Below are positions 12,122 to 24,258 of a stretch of DNA of 64,000 nucleotides, one piece after another (the first letter of the stretch is position 1; each line of letters starts with the position of its first letter). The notes under the pieces are model-generated. The model saw only the letters and a program-made list of their open reading frames with translations, made no database searches and was not told the DNA's origin. A program made the translations under genes and the position numbers. The DNA comes from Balanoglossus misakiensis (Eukaryota; Animalia; Hemichordata): the NCBI GenBank assembly GCA_040954595.2, contig CM082588.2:3908156-3972155 (forward strand). Reading direction: 5' to 3'.

Positions 12122-15100
12122 TACATTTTTCTCAAAAATATAACTATATTTCATGACTTTATTATTTTTTGTATCAATTTTATGACCATATTTGACCATT
12201 GACATTGGTTTGTGGGGTATATCACTGTGAAGATGCAACCTCCGTTTATGCAGCTTTGACGAAATATGTAGACTTTAATATTTTTACTTTTAATGAAATG
12301 AAAGTATAGTACTTTTTCAGTGTATTATGGTAGATTTTTTATGTTTATATCTTCAAGGATTCGAAAATGATTTACCTTAAATTGGTCTTGCTGCCTGGTA
12401 TTAAAAGTGCATCGTGCATGAAAATAATCAAATCGTTAGATTTCGTTTTTAGAGTTTGATAATTTGCATGGTTGCAATCTAAATATGGCTGATGGCAAAA
12501 TATGCAAAAAATTCTCTTTTAATGACAAGGAGTACTTTATGTACGTCCCCGCGCCGCGTAACAGCCGGTAACCGTTGCACGAGGACACGCATTTCAGCGA
12601 CGCCACCCCGTTTGGAAAAATGTCGATCCCATAAAATTTCACTTACTCTTTTCGCTTGTCGTCAAAGGGCGTGACAATATCAGGCAGAATAGCATGCTTA
12701 TGCCGGTATGTTTTATCAATTGTATCCAAGAATATCTGAGACCGAAATAAACACAATGTAAATTGAACTTTGCCAGTCGCATATTGCATATGACCCGACA
12801 AAATTATCACGTATGGTTTTGTTTAACATTTTTAATGTCACACTGCATTAATTCATCTAATCGTTTATAGCAATGAGAAACATTGTATGTCCCCAGAGAA
12901 AGTGTCCTTTAAATTGCAAACTATTGCCATGGAAACAACCAAATGGAAATCTAGAGCCAATTACTGCATATGGTTATACGAACATTCTCTTATCCTTTAC
13001 GGATGGGCCTTGTATCAATATGCTGTAGACTCCGTGTGCACACGCAATATGATAATTGTCCCCTGGCCCAACATAGAGGGCGTCCGTCATCATCATCATC
13101 ATCCGAATTTGATATTGTTTGTTATTAAACACTGAGGATTCCTTACACCTTGGAATAAAAAGCCAGAGAGAACTGTTGTGATTTTTTTCTATACACCATG
13201 TTTAGTTCAAATCGCTAGTCTCATGGCCTTTGTACAAAGGACCAAGGGAGAATGAACACTACAAACAGAATGCTATGACAGTTTCACTCATTAAAATATA
13301 TATATAAAATATACGTAGAATAAATTGGGTGTGTGTTTGCTTGGAAGATCCACGCTAAAAGCAGAATTTCCAAATGAAGGTATCTCTTCAAGGTCAATTC
13401 TGATTGGTTCTCGAAGGTAATCACTTTGCATGTTGAATGGGCCAGGTGACCTACACCTTGTCCAATGTTATGCAAATGTCGTCGTCACAAACAGATTATT
13501 GGAATCCATTGAGCTTGTTCAGGGCCGATTGCCGCCTGATCGACCGGTCGATACAATTCACGGTTGCCCATATCAAGGATTCCGCGTGTGGTTGTATGTC
13601 TGTCACTGACTTTTGGCTGGTTTTGGTTTTGCCTTCTCTGCGACCTTTGACATGGCTTATTTACATGGCTTATTATGTGGACCACAGACTCTGGAGGGCT
13701 TGTGTTCGACTACACATTCCAAGTCATCTTTTTTCTTGGTAAATCACCTGCACCTCATAAGCCCTTCCATGGATTTCCTTTCGAATACATGTACGTGTCA
13801 GCATAATGCAGCTCGCTATAAGGGACCGGTCATCTTTGACCAATTTTAAGATTTTAGGGAGATATAAGATGTAGCTAAACCCATGCATGACGACCCATAT
13901 TACCAAGCACCCTCCGACACCCTCGACGTCGGATGAAAATGGCCGGTCCCTGAGAAATGCATTGTGACAGGGAACAGTAGAGAATCGGCCTCGCTTTCAG
14001 TGTTGACCTCTAAGTATCAGGTCAACTTTCCCATTCTACGCAGTGTCGCATAGCTGCGGCGAGCAAGCATTGCCTGTCTCTTCAAAGGCTTTTTGTGGAG
14101 GTCTACGGATTTGGAACCGAACGTGAACTGTTCCCCGCACGTGCTTCTGGCGATCGGTAGGTTTTGTCATTTCTCTACTTTACCGCTTGTTAAGAATTTA
14201 GTACGAGGTGTCGGACAATTTTTGCGGGCAGAGCATCACCTTCATGGTAAGTGGGTTGTTTTCATGCGTGCGAGCCAGCGCCTATGAGGGCCGGGTAGCG
14301 CACCCACTATTGACTCCAAAACATAAACTATTGGATAAAAGTAGCTCTTGACAGCAAACTACTGTGGTGTGGAGAGAGACACGCAATGTGAAGAACAACT
14401 CAAAAAAATAGCAGTTTGGTAAACTGCGAACTTCTATATATATATTATAGCATCGAACTGCCTTTTGTCCACGCGTATACTCCCGAAACTGTAACGTACA
14501 CCATTTAGCCCAACCTGGCTTAAAGTGCAATAACAATGTCCCTTTAGAATTGTCTTGAAAGAACCAGGAAAGAAATATGCGATACAAAACTGTCACGCCA
14601 CCAAGCTTTCACACGCTGAACACAGCGAGCATGAACGAGGACCGCGGTCACGGTCGGGTCTCGGACGCCGTCATGTGCCGTCTCTCCCTTGGGAGACGTG
14701 TGGGAATTTCTCTTTTCGTGGTGGCCTAGTCCTTGGTGCCATGACAAGGTGGAACAAGCGGTCATCGTGTGAAGTCAACGATGCACACACTCTCTAATAT
14801 AGACACACCCTCCTTTGTAAGCTAGGCGGTACATATTTGAATAATAGTGTCATGGTGGGAACACATAATATTAGGCTTTTACAATATGTATAATGCCCTA
14901 TAATTGAATTCCTGTGGAAATATATGGGACGATCTCACAATTTTCAGTGTACATGATTTTTGTATATGTGCACGAAACAATTTCTCAGATAAACTGATTT
15001 TGCAATATATCATGTATGAAATATATAGACCACCACTATTTCATACGTGGCCTAGTTACATGTACGTGTGTATCACACAAGGAATACAGATGTGAAGTAG

Positions 15101-16226
15101 AAATTGTTAAAGTTGTCATCCAATCTTTTACCTTGTACTTTAATGCCAGTTTACAGTTTTGTCCTCAGTATTATTACCGAGTCCCGGAACAGTGAAATGT
15201 TCACCGTCTGAAGTCAGACGTGTTTATGTCTGTCGAGTCTAGAAATTTCGATATTCACCTGCCCAGGTTTTACCAGTCATGTTTTATTCTCGCAGCAGCA
15301 GGAAACACTCTTCCGGGCTTTTCTTCCGTCTACAGCGACGTAAGAAATCCAAATTAAATATACTTTCTTTTGTTCCTAAAATGGCCAAGTGATGGCGTGC
15401 AAATAATTAAGGAAGTCGCACGGTAGAGAGAGCGAGTTTTCCGGATGCTGGGAGCGAGGTCGTGAAATATTCTGCAGCTGTTCTGGTCTCGGTTTAACAT
15501 TAATAGATTTGCTTTTATTTCCGGGGATGCACTTCTGCTTGGCGCTCGCTTTTATCGAAGGCTTCAACAAGCAGATAAGTCAACGTTTATATTCATGTGG
15601 TTTTATCTATCAAGGCCAGGAGCTCAGGTAAATTCAGAATACCAACATATACAATGCTTTGTCTCTTGCTGTTCTTTTTGGTTTTTGTTTATATTATGCG
15701 CTGTTATCCGGCGTGTTATTAACCTGAGGACGCTTAACTGAGGAACAGCGCGTCTTCATTTAAGTTCTGTCGCTAAACATACGTGTGGGCTTCTGCTCGT
15801 ACGCGCTATTTGTGGTCGGCCTTTCATGACCCCCTCCTCGCCCATTCGTGTGCTTTTGTCCACAGACAATCGAAATGCCTTTCACAGTGCTGACGAACAA
15901 CAGCAGCGCGTTTGACGAAGGGAGAGCGCGGTCGAGGACACGGGGTCACGCCGGGATAAAAGCGCGGAATGTGAAGCTAAAAAATACTACCCAGTGTACT
16001 GCGAAACTCGCAAAGGGGCGTTCGTTGAAGAACAGAGCTTCACAGCCAGGCGTATACGAGTTTTTTTTTAAAACTGGGGACTGAGTCACATCATACAGAC
16101 AAAATAAGTCATTACATACTGAGTGGCGTGAGGCGGGTTCCAAAAGTAAAGATGTCGTTCCCCAAACGAGCTATGTCATCTCAGTTCCATAGGCATGTGT
16201 GCATGGTGTGATTTGCAATGAAGCAG

Positions 16227-16364
16227 GTAATGACCTGTCAGTGCCATTGTGATGAAGTAGAAACTCGATTACTGTGTGTGTTATTATGATTGTACAGGTA
16301 CTTTGCTAGGCCTGGCTTTGGAATATTAGCATGTATCTATAACCATCCTACCTTTCACTTTCAG
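16227..16364 (+). other. Probable 5'UTR intron of IgSF gene #3
   Basis: CAG|GTAATG donor at 16227 and a pyrimidine-rich acceptor CCTTTCACTTTCAG ending at 16364, about 200 bp upstream of the ATG. Confidence 0.45.
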
Positions 16365-16571
16365 ATGTCTCTTTAAAGGCACTCCTGTGGTAATTGGTTA
16401 CTACAGCGAAACCTGTGGAACAATAATAAGTATATAGACTCAGACGCAAATACAAATGCTACAAGACAACTGATCACACGGGAAAGGCTTATTTTGCCAA
16501 CCAAGTCGAACTTTTTATATTACGTACTTGCAGCACCAGAAGTCGCTATTGTGAGTGCCTTTTTTTACTGG

Positions 16572-18581
16572 ATGATGGCGAACTATATTTTGGTGTGTTT
16601 ATGTTTGTTCTTGGTGCTTGGGCTCGGGTCGCACGTGGGCTCGAGCCTCGTCTTCACGGAGGAGCCGCGAAGCACAAGCGTCTTGGTGGGAGACACCGTC
16701 ATGCTGAGGTGTAGGGTCAACACCAGTCTGACGCTGATAAACGTGTCTTGGAGAGATGGGTCGGGCAACACGATCGACTCGACCGGTGGCCACAAGCAGA
16801 ACTTCGTGATGAAGTCTGAGATAGCGGGCCAGTATGACCTCGAGATAATAGGTGCCGCCGAGGAAGACGGCCAGAGTTACTATTGCTATGTTGAAAGCAT
16901 GGCTGAAAGTGAGTCCGAACACCATCTCTCTAAACTCGCCTATCTGAGAGTCCACGACGAGGCCATAGAAAACAGGCTTTCGTGCTTTGTAAGTATCAAC
17001 GAATTTCTCACCGAAAACGATAACGTGATTTTGAATTGTGTGATTCGCACGAACAACACGAACGTGTATCTCATGTGGGAGAAAGACGGCCAATCGACGT
17101 CGCTCGGTTATACAGAGAGAAAGAACAACGCGCTGACGGTGCGGAAACTCGAACTTGAACTTACGCCCGATGACGACAACACGGAGTACAGGTGCTTGGC
17201 CATGATGGGCGAGGACACGGTTGTGAACGGGTGTGTTCTGGATCCTCTGAACGTGAGATACACCCCGAAGGTGACGATCGTACAGTCTTCGTGGCAGTAC
17301 TTCGGCTACGAGACGAGTTACACGTGCGAGGCGACCGGGAACCCGGACCCTGTCCAGTACGTTTGGTACGTCTCCAACGTGCGGTTGCCGATGAACCATC
17401 TGGAGAGGTACGGACTGAGCATGCACGCGCGGAAGATGACGATCGACAAGACGGAAGAGCAGGACAGCGGGCAGATACTACGCTGTGAAGTGTTTAACGA
17501 GGTCGGATTGGGCAGAGGGCTCCATACAATTAAGTTGGACAGCATCATGACGCTGATTGGCCCTATAGTGGTCGGAGTGATTCTCTTCACTGTTATCGTC
17601 ATCGTGCTCGTCTTCATCATCTGGTGGCACAAAGCTCCTCGCCAAAGAGCCTCGGACACGTCGGCTCGCCATCAGATTACCACCGTCTGGGCGGCCAACG
17701 GAAGCGCCATACAGCCACACAAAGGCCTCGACCAGAGACACGACGGGAGGGGGAAAATCGACGGGCGGCCCAAGTACCGCAAAGGTCGCCAATCCACCAC
17801 ACCGTCGCGGGCGTCCACCAGACTCGACGAGGAGGAGCTGGTGACCCCGGAGATGTTAGAGCTGACCGATCCCGGGTCCCCGGAGGACAATATAGCGTAC
17901 GTGTACGACGGGAGTTTGCCGGGGTCTCGACCGGAGACGCCGAAGCTGTGGAACATTCCCCGGGAGAGTAGAACGGCGAGCGACGACATCGACAGCGGGC
18001 AGGCCTCCCACGACAATGACGACGTCTCGTCGTCGTTGAGTGAAAACCACGACATCGGTAGCCTCACTGATGTCGGGGATGGCACTCCTAATCCGCCCCA
18101 GCCGCCATCGCCTCCCACCAACGACGAACCCGAAGACTCCATCACGGAGGTCCGAGTGGAATTGATACCACAACCGCCCTCACCACCGCCACCTCCACCT
18201 CCACCACCACCACCACCACCACCACCTCCACTAGCACCCCCGTCACCTTCACCACCGCCGTCGAACGCCTCAGCGCAGAACGCGGGCGAACCCCCGTCGT
18301 TTGACGTCTCCGAGGGATCAGTATCGACATTCCAGGCGACCGATCCTCCGGCGGCCACCCCCGACCCCCAGCCCGAGGCGAACAGCGGGAAGGATCTGGT
18401 CTATGCGGACTTGGCTTTTGGCCCGGCCAGCGAAAGGCCACCCCCACCAAAACCCGCAGCGCAGGATGACGATCAAACAGCGTACGCCTCAATCGATTTT
18501 AACAGGACAAGTATGGTCGTCGACGCGTCTGCACTCCAACCGCCAGCGACGCATTCAAGCAACATGACGACGGAATTATAA
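16572..18581 (+). CDS. Single-exon IgSF receptor #3 with polyproline tail and ITIM+ITSM, 669 aa from ATG 16572
   Basis: The ORF track starts at a TTG (16494), but the first ATG, with signal peptide MMANYILVCLCLFLVLGLG, is at 16572. Ig cores LRC..VSW..YYC, LNC..LMW..YRC and YTC..YVW..LRC. TM IGPIVVGVILFTVIVIVLVFIIWW. Poly-Pro run, then LVYADL and TAYASI. Confidence 0.9.
   Translation: MMANYILVCLCLFLVLGLGSHVGSSLVFTEEPRSTSVLVGDTVMLRCRVNTSLTLINVSWRDGSGNTIDSTGGHKQNFVMKSEIAGQYDLEIIGAAEEDGQSYYCYVESMAESESEHHLSKLAYLRVHDEAIENRLSCFVSINEFLTENDNVILNCVIRTNNTNVYLMWEKDGQSTSLGYTERKNNALTVRKLELELTPDDDNTEYRCLAMMGEDTVVNGCVLDPLNVRYTPKVTIVQSSWQYFGYETSYTCEATGNPDPVQYVWYVSNVRLPMNHLERYGLSMHARKMTIDKTEEQDSGQILRCEVFNEVGLGRGLHTIKLDSIMTLIGPIVVGVILFTVIVIVLVFIIWWHKAPRQRASDTSARHQITTVWAANGSAIQPHKGLDQRHDGRGKIDGRPKYRKGRQSTTPSRASTRLDEEELVTPEMLELTDPGSPEDNIAYVYDGSLPGSRPETPKLWNIPRESRTASDDIDSGQASHDNDDVSSSLSENHDIGSLTDVGDGTPNPPQPPSPPTNDEPEDSITEVRVELIPQPPSPPPPPPPPPPPPPPPPLAPPSPSPPPSNASAQNAGEPPSFDVSEGSVSTFQATDPPAATPDPQPEANSGKDLVYADLAFGPASERPPPPKPAAQDDDQTAYASIDFNRTSMVVDASALQPPATHSSNMTTEL
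18172..18260 (+). repeat. Coding CCN trinucleotide repeat encoding a polyproline tract
   Basis: CCA/CCT/CCG run encoding about 15 consecutive Pro with flanking PPSP units. Confidence 0.9.
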
Positions 18582-21500
18582 GGTACATATTCTCCGGGAA
18601 TTCATCTTTTTTACTCATCCAAAACTTCCGCACCCTAAAAAGAAGTGTTTCTGCATATGCCTTCATCCGGTTACCCGGGCAACGTCATGCGTGCGATAGT
18701 CCCCAGTTCTATAGATTTAGGTTAAAACGATTTAATGTACTGAACAGGGGGCAAATCGCTCAACATGTTTTTAAAGCGATCATATGTAATTCAGCTGGGT
18801 CCCGCGAGACAATGCAAGTTCCGCGGTAATACGCACCAGTAATGGCCTTAACACGTCCTTCTGAATAATCAATACGTATCTATACCTAAACAGGCGGTCA
18901 TTATATATGTGTACATTTCACGTCATGATAAAACATTGATAATATCATCAATTTTGAGCGCAGTTTTTCGGTATATTGTGACGTCACAGATAAATGACAG
19001 CTGTGACATAATACGCTCAACACCATATTGTACTTTACAATCGATTGTGATTCTGCGATGGCTGCATTGTTAATCAAAGGAGGCGTACATCTTCATCAAA
19101 TATTTTTTAACAAACAAAAATAGCGTTACGAATAGATATTGCCATATATACTGTCTGTATATCCACACAATTTTTTAAATGTACTTAAATGACTGGAGAT
19201 TGGGTCGTATTACATTATTTTTCATTCGTCGAGTTAATCAGCGGAAGAACACCGCCTTTGCCAGAGCTTAAAAATCCGTGTGTAACTAGCACTCCGCGCC
19301 TCGGGCAACACTCTTCACGCGCTTGTAAAACCGCAACCAGAAATGTCGTAGTTCAGCGCTGACAACACTGGTCTCTGATATAAAAAGGGGTGATTGATGC
19401 ATGGCAACCACCGCCAACAGCGTGATGAACCTCTCTGAGGTCACGCAAGTTACATCGCCCATAAATTGTGGGCGTCGACACACCGCTTTCAACACAAGTT
19501 GTGACCATTGGTGTCTTTATTTATCTCGAAAACTCATCCATCACGAATATTGACTTTTCAACTCATATTCACACCAATATATTTTCGCGTTGTCAAATGA
19601 TTGTTCGACAAATAACACAAATATTGTCATTTTGCACTTTTTAAAAATCATAATTAGCACTTCGTATATTTCGCTATTTGGACTGGTCCTATATAATTAT
19701 CATGCAAGCACGTACATGTATATCGGTTGCAGGTAACACAACCCAGGCTAAAAATATAACTTGTAAGCAAATGATGCAAACGTATTAAAATCCAAATCGG
19801 GCAACTGCTATAGTATAGTACATGTACATGTATATATGTGTCACATGAAAATTTCAATGATGAATTATTTCAGTGTCGACCAAGATAAAATATTTCTACG
19901 CTGAATTCCACATTCAAGGTCGGTCCAAGAAGATTAAACCCTTAGAACATGAAAAAAGAGTCCGCTTTCATCTCTGACTAAAATTGACAGGGAAAGTAAA
20001 TTTCCTGTGGTCGATATGATTAACGACAATAGTCAATAAAGTCTCTGTGGCACGATGAACACAAATTCTACATTCAGCTGTTCGCATGAAATATTCACGT
20101 TGCTCAACAAATGTTGACGTTTTTAATGGAATGGATTTCCTGTCATTCCATCACGCGATCAGATGCACCGCTTGTAAAATGCATTTTGTTGTTGCTGTCG
20201 TTTGCACAATGCCTGACAGACCTTGCGCACTGAAATTTTGCCCCGCCCGTAGCATATGATGAAACTCACACATTTCAAAGCCTGGCTACCAGCAAAATGT
20301 CGCCGACATGAAACAGTATATACACTTTAAAATCTGATGTGCGAGAACAGCAAACGTCAGTTATTGCCTTCAATTTGTCTCTCGCGCTTAATAGCGAATC
20401 GTGCCGGGGCCACAAAATAAAAGCTTGTGAACAGCTCTTAGTCGTTTAACCTCGGGTGAAATTCAATGCACTTTCGAATTCGATTGGCATGTCACTGCAC
20501 CAGAAGCTCCATTAAAATTTAAGCGCCTTTTTGCCAGAATTCTAATCAAATTGGCGACGAAAGTGTCATGTATAGGTAGCGTACAGAAATAAACCAATTT
20601 TCTATCCGTTAATTTTTCCATTTTCATGTCAAAATATAGGAAACATATACAAAGCGTTAAATATATAGACTCGTGTGGTTCCCTGTACATGTACTACAAT
20701 GATTTCTGTCTAAAATTAAAATAATTCGAGTTGCTTTAATAGTTTCCATTGCTGTCAAAACAGATCTGCTGCGTAGGTACAGAAATTGTGCACCGGTTAT
20801 AACTATGGCTGCATTTGCAGTAACTTGTTTTCCAAGGGAGATCGCTGTACAATAGAAAAATAGCAATAAAATGACGTCACCGTCGTGTCTTGACACGTCG
20901 CGTCGAGGTATGTACTTTCCTAAACCATTACGTGTATTTTATCGTCAAGTTACAAAATAACAGTAGCCTACATTTACCTCATCTTCCGTGAATATAACGA
21001 AGCTGCTCTAACAAACGGCAGAGCTGAGGCGAGATCTTCGCAGTTAATTTAACGGGACAGACATCGTCGGTGCAATATTTAGGCATTGTAGAGACACTAG
21101 TGGTTGCATCGAAAGTAGCATGAAATCAATTCACTGCTCTATCATGCTTTCATTCATCATTAGACATCCATATTCATTCCATATAGATTTTATTCAAGAC
21201 CCTATATATACGCAATGTGACTATATTCAGTGTTTTCATTTAAAGGGAGACAACATCGTTGTCTTTAGTACAGCCGTTTTTGACATAATAAGAAGTTAGT
21301 TAGGTTGTACTGTATGGTGATAACTACTTAAAATGTGTAAAAAGTTCTTTTACATGTAAATATTTGAACTTTCCTTTTCATATCCAATAATTTCACTAAT
21401 GGTTTCACTGCGTTAACTTCCACTTTTGTTGGTCTAAATATGCAGTTTTACATATTTTGATAAAAATGTATTTTTGTATTTTTCCCATAGGGAAACTAAC

Positions 21501-24258
21501 TTTGAACGTTGAATTCTGAAACAGTACTGTACTTAATATTTCTTTGAGAATTGGAATGGTGTATTTATTTAACGATTAATCATTTACGTCATGCTTGAGT
21601 TTGAAATTACCACCGCCCTTGTACATCTAAAGAACACGGCATACTGAAATTTAGTGTTTTCGGGTTAGGATTATGGTATATACATGTATTGGTGAAATTT
21701 TCATGTCACAATAAATTTAACATTGTCCACTAGAGAGGGCGCTCTGGCGTTGAACTTGAAACTGAGTTGAAACTTTCTGTGTTTTTCAAATAATATTTTG
21801 GAGTGGAGTTGGGATTTCAAGTTAGCCTTTCATAAGAAATATATTTTTATATAGTAATTTTTGACAATCCTGTTTGTGTAAACATAAGAATATGACTATG
21901 CTGCAAAATAAAATGACTTGAATCTCCTAAAACATATGGTGTGGCAGTCTTTGTGTGTGTGGGCTAGCAGAAAAATGGCGATAAAATGCGTCGTGTATAC
22001 TGAATCAATTGCTCTTATTGACTATTAAACTCTATCATAGGGTGAAATTAAATATAAATGTAATAATTCACGGTACCAACCTCTAAATTCCATTTAATGA
22101 CTGGTTTTCTTTGTTGATTTCACGGCTGACGGTATAATGTGTCGACACTTCCGATCGTAGGCCCAGCGGTGGCATAAGATGGCGTTACACCGGCAAGGAA
22201 TGACGCAGTCCCGTTCAACGAAATCATTTAACAATTTCACTGTAAATGAAATGTATTCGGTTGTGGTAAAGCAAGCAGCTATACAAACTGGTGAACGTGG
22301 AAATTGTTCATAATTCAGTCATTTGAAGCATGAAAGTGATGGCGCGACAGCAATTATTGCGAATTGACTGTTCTTGAGTCATGAAAAAGAAATCTTTAAT
22401 GACCTTAATCATCTGTTATACGTATACGAGAAGCATCGCTCCGGCATTTTGTATATTCGCGCTGCTTGTGATCTTGCAACCAAGGAAGCATTCATTTTAA
22501 TCGTTTAATGAAATTATGTGATTATTCGACACTGGTGTCCGACGCTGGCTGGAAGGTAATCGCCCGGGCTGTTGGTAGCCTCACAGATAACATTTTTGCA
22601 GAGTTTGCAAGCGACAGCCAACAATGGATGAAAAGCGCCAGGGAGGTGTCTTAAACGATGGCATAAACGAACGATTCATGCAAAGCGTCGTATAATGTCA
22701 ATTGAGTATGACCTATTCTTCAATTCCTCAGACTGAGATTGCTCCCAGCACCGTGTGCCATTGTCAACAAATCGTGTTTCACGAGGAAAATCTATTCGGA
22801 TTGTCTTCCGAACGAAAGGGTGTCGCGTCTTTTCTCTTAAAATTCATTTCTGTAGGATTATAGGGGCGTTTCATTCACACTTTTGACCCCTTGTTTGACC
22901 TCTGGTGACCCGCTGTCGTACACTCCCTTATAGGTGTGAATACCTGAACAGAGACGTTTTTGTGGTAAACTTAAACAGACCGCTGTATGCAGAAAGTACG
23001 CGTACTTTCTGAATGAGACAGGTCATCTTAAAGAAGATGGACATAAAAATAGGAAAAGCGAATGACTACTGGCAATTCAGGCGACTCGAATGGCGGTTCG
23101 TTGACCTGTGAAGATCTGAAGAATACAACCTTGCCTCGTCCGCAGAAGCGCCCTTCTCGTTCATCAATTCCCACGTTATAAATATGGCACTCCTCATCTA
23201 CCTCTTGACAGTTTATTTTTTACACGTAGTGTAGGCATCAGCCGATTTGGAGTTTTATAACATATGAACGACCCTCCAGAAAAACGAAATAATCTTTTCC
23301 AGCAATGCACTTCAAACGTGAGTATTTTATGAGTATCCATGACAGGAATGAAATCACTATGAACATCGTGTAGGCTAATTCCCTGTCCCAATTCTAACGC
23401 ATGGCTGCGCTTTGTTTACGAATAGGGTCAGGTAAAATATGTTGTCACGCTCGGCTCTATGATGCCACATATGGTCGTGTGTGATACATGTTCCATCATC
23501 TGTAAAGCTAAGGACTACATGTATATTTACATTTAATCCGGGGACATTAGAATGCGACTTGTTTAGCTCATTTCAGAGTTTGCATGAGATGTTAAGAAGT
23601 GGCGAAACTCGTCTTCTAACTTTCATCGCCATACTAGTGCTGGGTGTTTTTTTTAATTTCTCGCGGTCATTTGAGGACAAAAGAGTCAGCGATTCACAAT
23701 AGTGTGATGGTAGAGGTCGCACTTCCCTGTAGCTTGAACAGGGAATGGTGGACGGGGATTCGCCAGGCATTGCTTCCACAATCGACAATTCGTTACTTTG
23801 GTACATAGAGCATATTTTCGGGCTTACTTGGTAAAATTCCCTTTTAAATAATTATGAATTTTGTTGGCGTACCGAACGTCCTCCTGGTAGACTACTAAGG
23901 TAGGGAATATAAACATGAATATGATTATCATAACTCGCCACGGGCATGCGCATTCAGGTCACTATTAATAAACGTTCAGACGTGCCGACAGATTGGTGAG
24001 TGAAAGTGAACCGGTTGCCTTAATGTTGACATGCAACCCGGGTAAACGATATCGCCTATCCTTATGTCGCGACTTCGGAGGCCTTTTTACACCGTTTGGA
24101 TTCTTGTCGCCAGTGGGGGTTGTCGTGTTCTCGGTTTCCCAGTCGAACAACGGGAAAAAGTAGTATGACTTCACTCGCCAAATTGAATTGCCTGCCATTG
24201 ATTTTTTTCGCCTGGTCGGTCGCCGAGCGTTGCTTGGTGGTTATTTGCGATTTGTGAT

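Noticed and set aside
16494-16571. N-terminal extension of IgSF #3 in the ORF track
   Set aside because: It starts at TTG, a bacterial-style start; the ATG at 16572 directly precedes a good signal peptide.
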